From Eledone cirrhosa (Eukaryota), in NCBI GenBank assembly GCA_964016885.1, contig OZ024762.1, positions 6,758,001 to 6,822,000 on the forward strand: DNA of 64,000 bases, read 5' to 3'. The translations under genes and the position numbers were made by a program. A model generated the notes under the pieces. That model saw nothing but the letters and a program-made list of their open reading frames with translations. It was not told where the DNA came from and did no database searches. This document shows positions 63,780 to 64,000 of this stretch, piece after piece (positions within the stretch are counted from its first letter, which is position 1; every line of letters begins with the position of its first letter).

Positions 63780-64000
63780 TGGTAGTGTTGGTGGTGCTGT
63801 TGGTGGGGATGTAGTTGTTGTTGGTGATTGTGTTGTTGTTGTTGTTGTTGTTGTTGCTGATGTTGGGAGTGGTGTTGGTGTTTTAGTGGTCGTACTGTAG
63901 GTGGTGTTGTTGGTTGTGATTGGTGTTGTTGTTGGTGTTGTTGTTGGTGTTGTTGGTTGTGTTGTTGTTGGTGGTGATTGCTGTTGTTGTTGGTGTTGTT
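63780..64000. repeat. (GTT/GGT)n tract
   Basis: Direct reading. Confidence 0.93.

Overview
Eukaryotic, AT-rich, extremely repeat-dense non-coding DNA. By inference from the repeat landscape it is most likely an octopod cephalopod genome, and probably a very large intron or gene desert. No host protein-coding gene can be supported: nearly all ORFs in the track are read-through of microsatellites or minisatellites, or decayed transposon protein fragments. Contents: many truncated RTE-clade LINE pieces with (GAT)n tails, at least four tRNA-derived SINE families, piggyBac-type (TTAA) and mariner-type (TA) MITEs, a DD37D (maT) transposase relic, TA-associated Penelope-like fragments with minimal hammerhead-like motifs, and about 20 tandem arrays, many visibly amplified from hairpin-bearing modules of those same elements. 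Best leads: (1) a strong minus-strand polypyrimidine-AG|GTAAGT recursive-splice-type site at ~48,079 with poison RS-exon candidates; (2) modular tail and body exchange between SINEs and two RTE partners; (3) repeated birth of satellites from TE modules; (4) several inverted repeats that could form dsRNA; (5) minimal hammerhead-like motifs. Coordinates were read by eye and boundaries of degenerate repeats are approximate.
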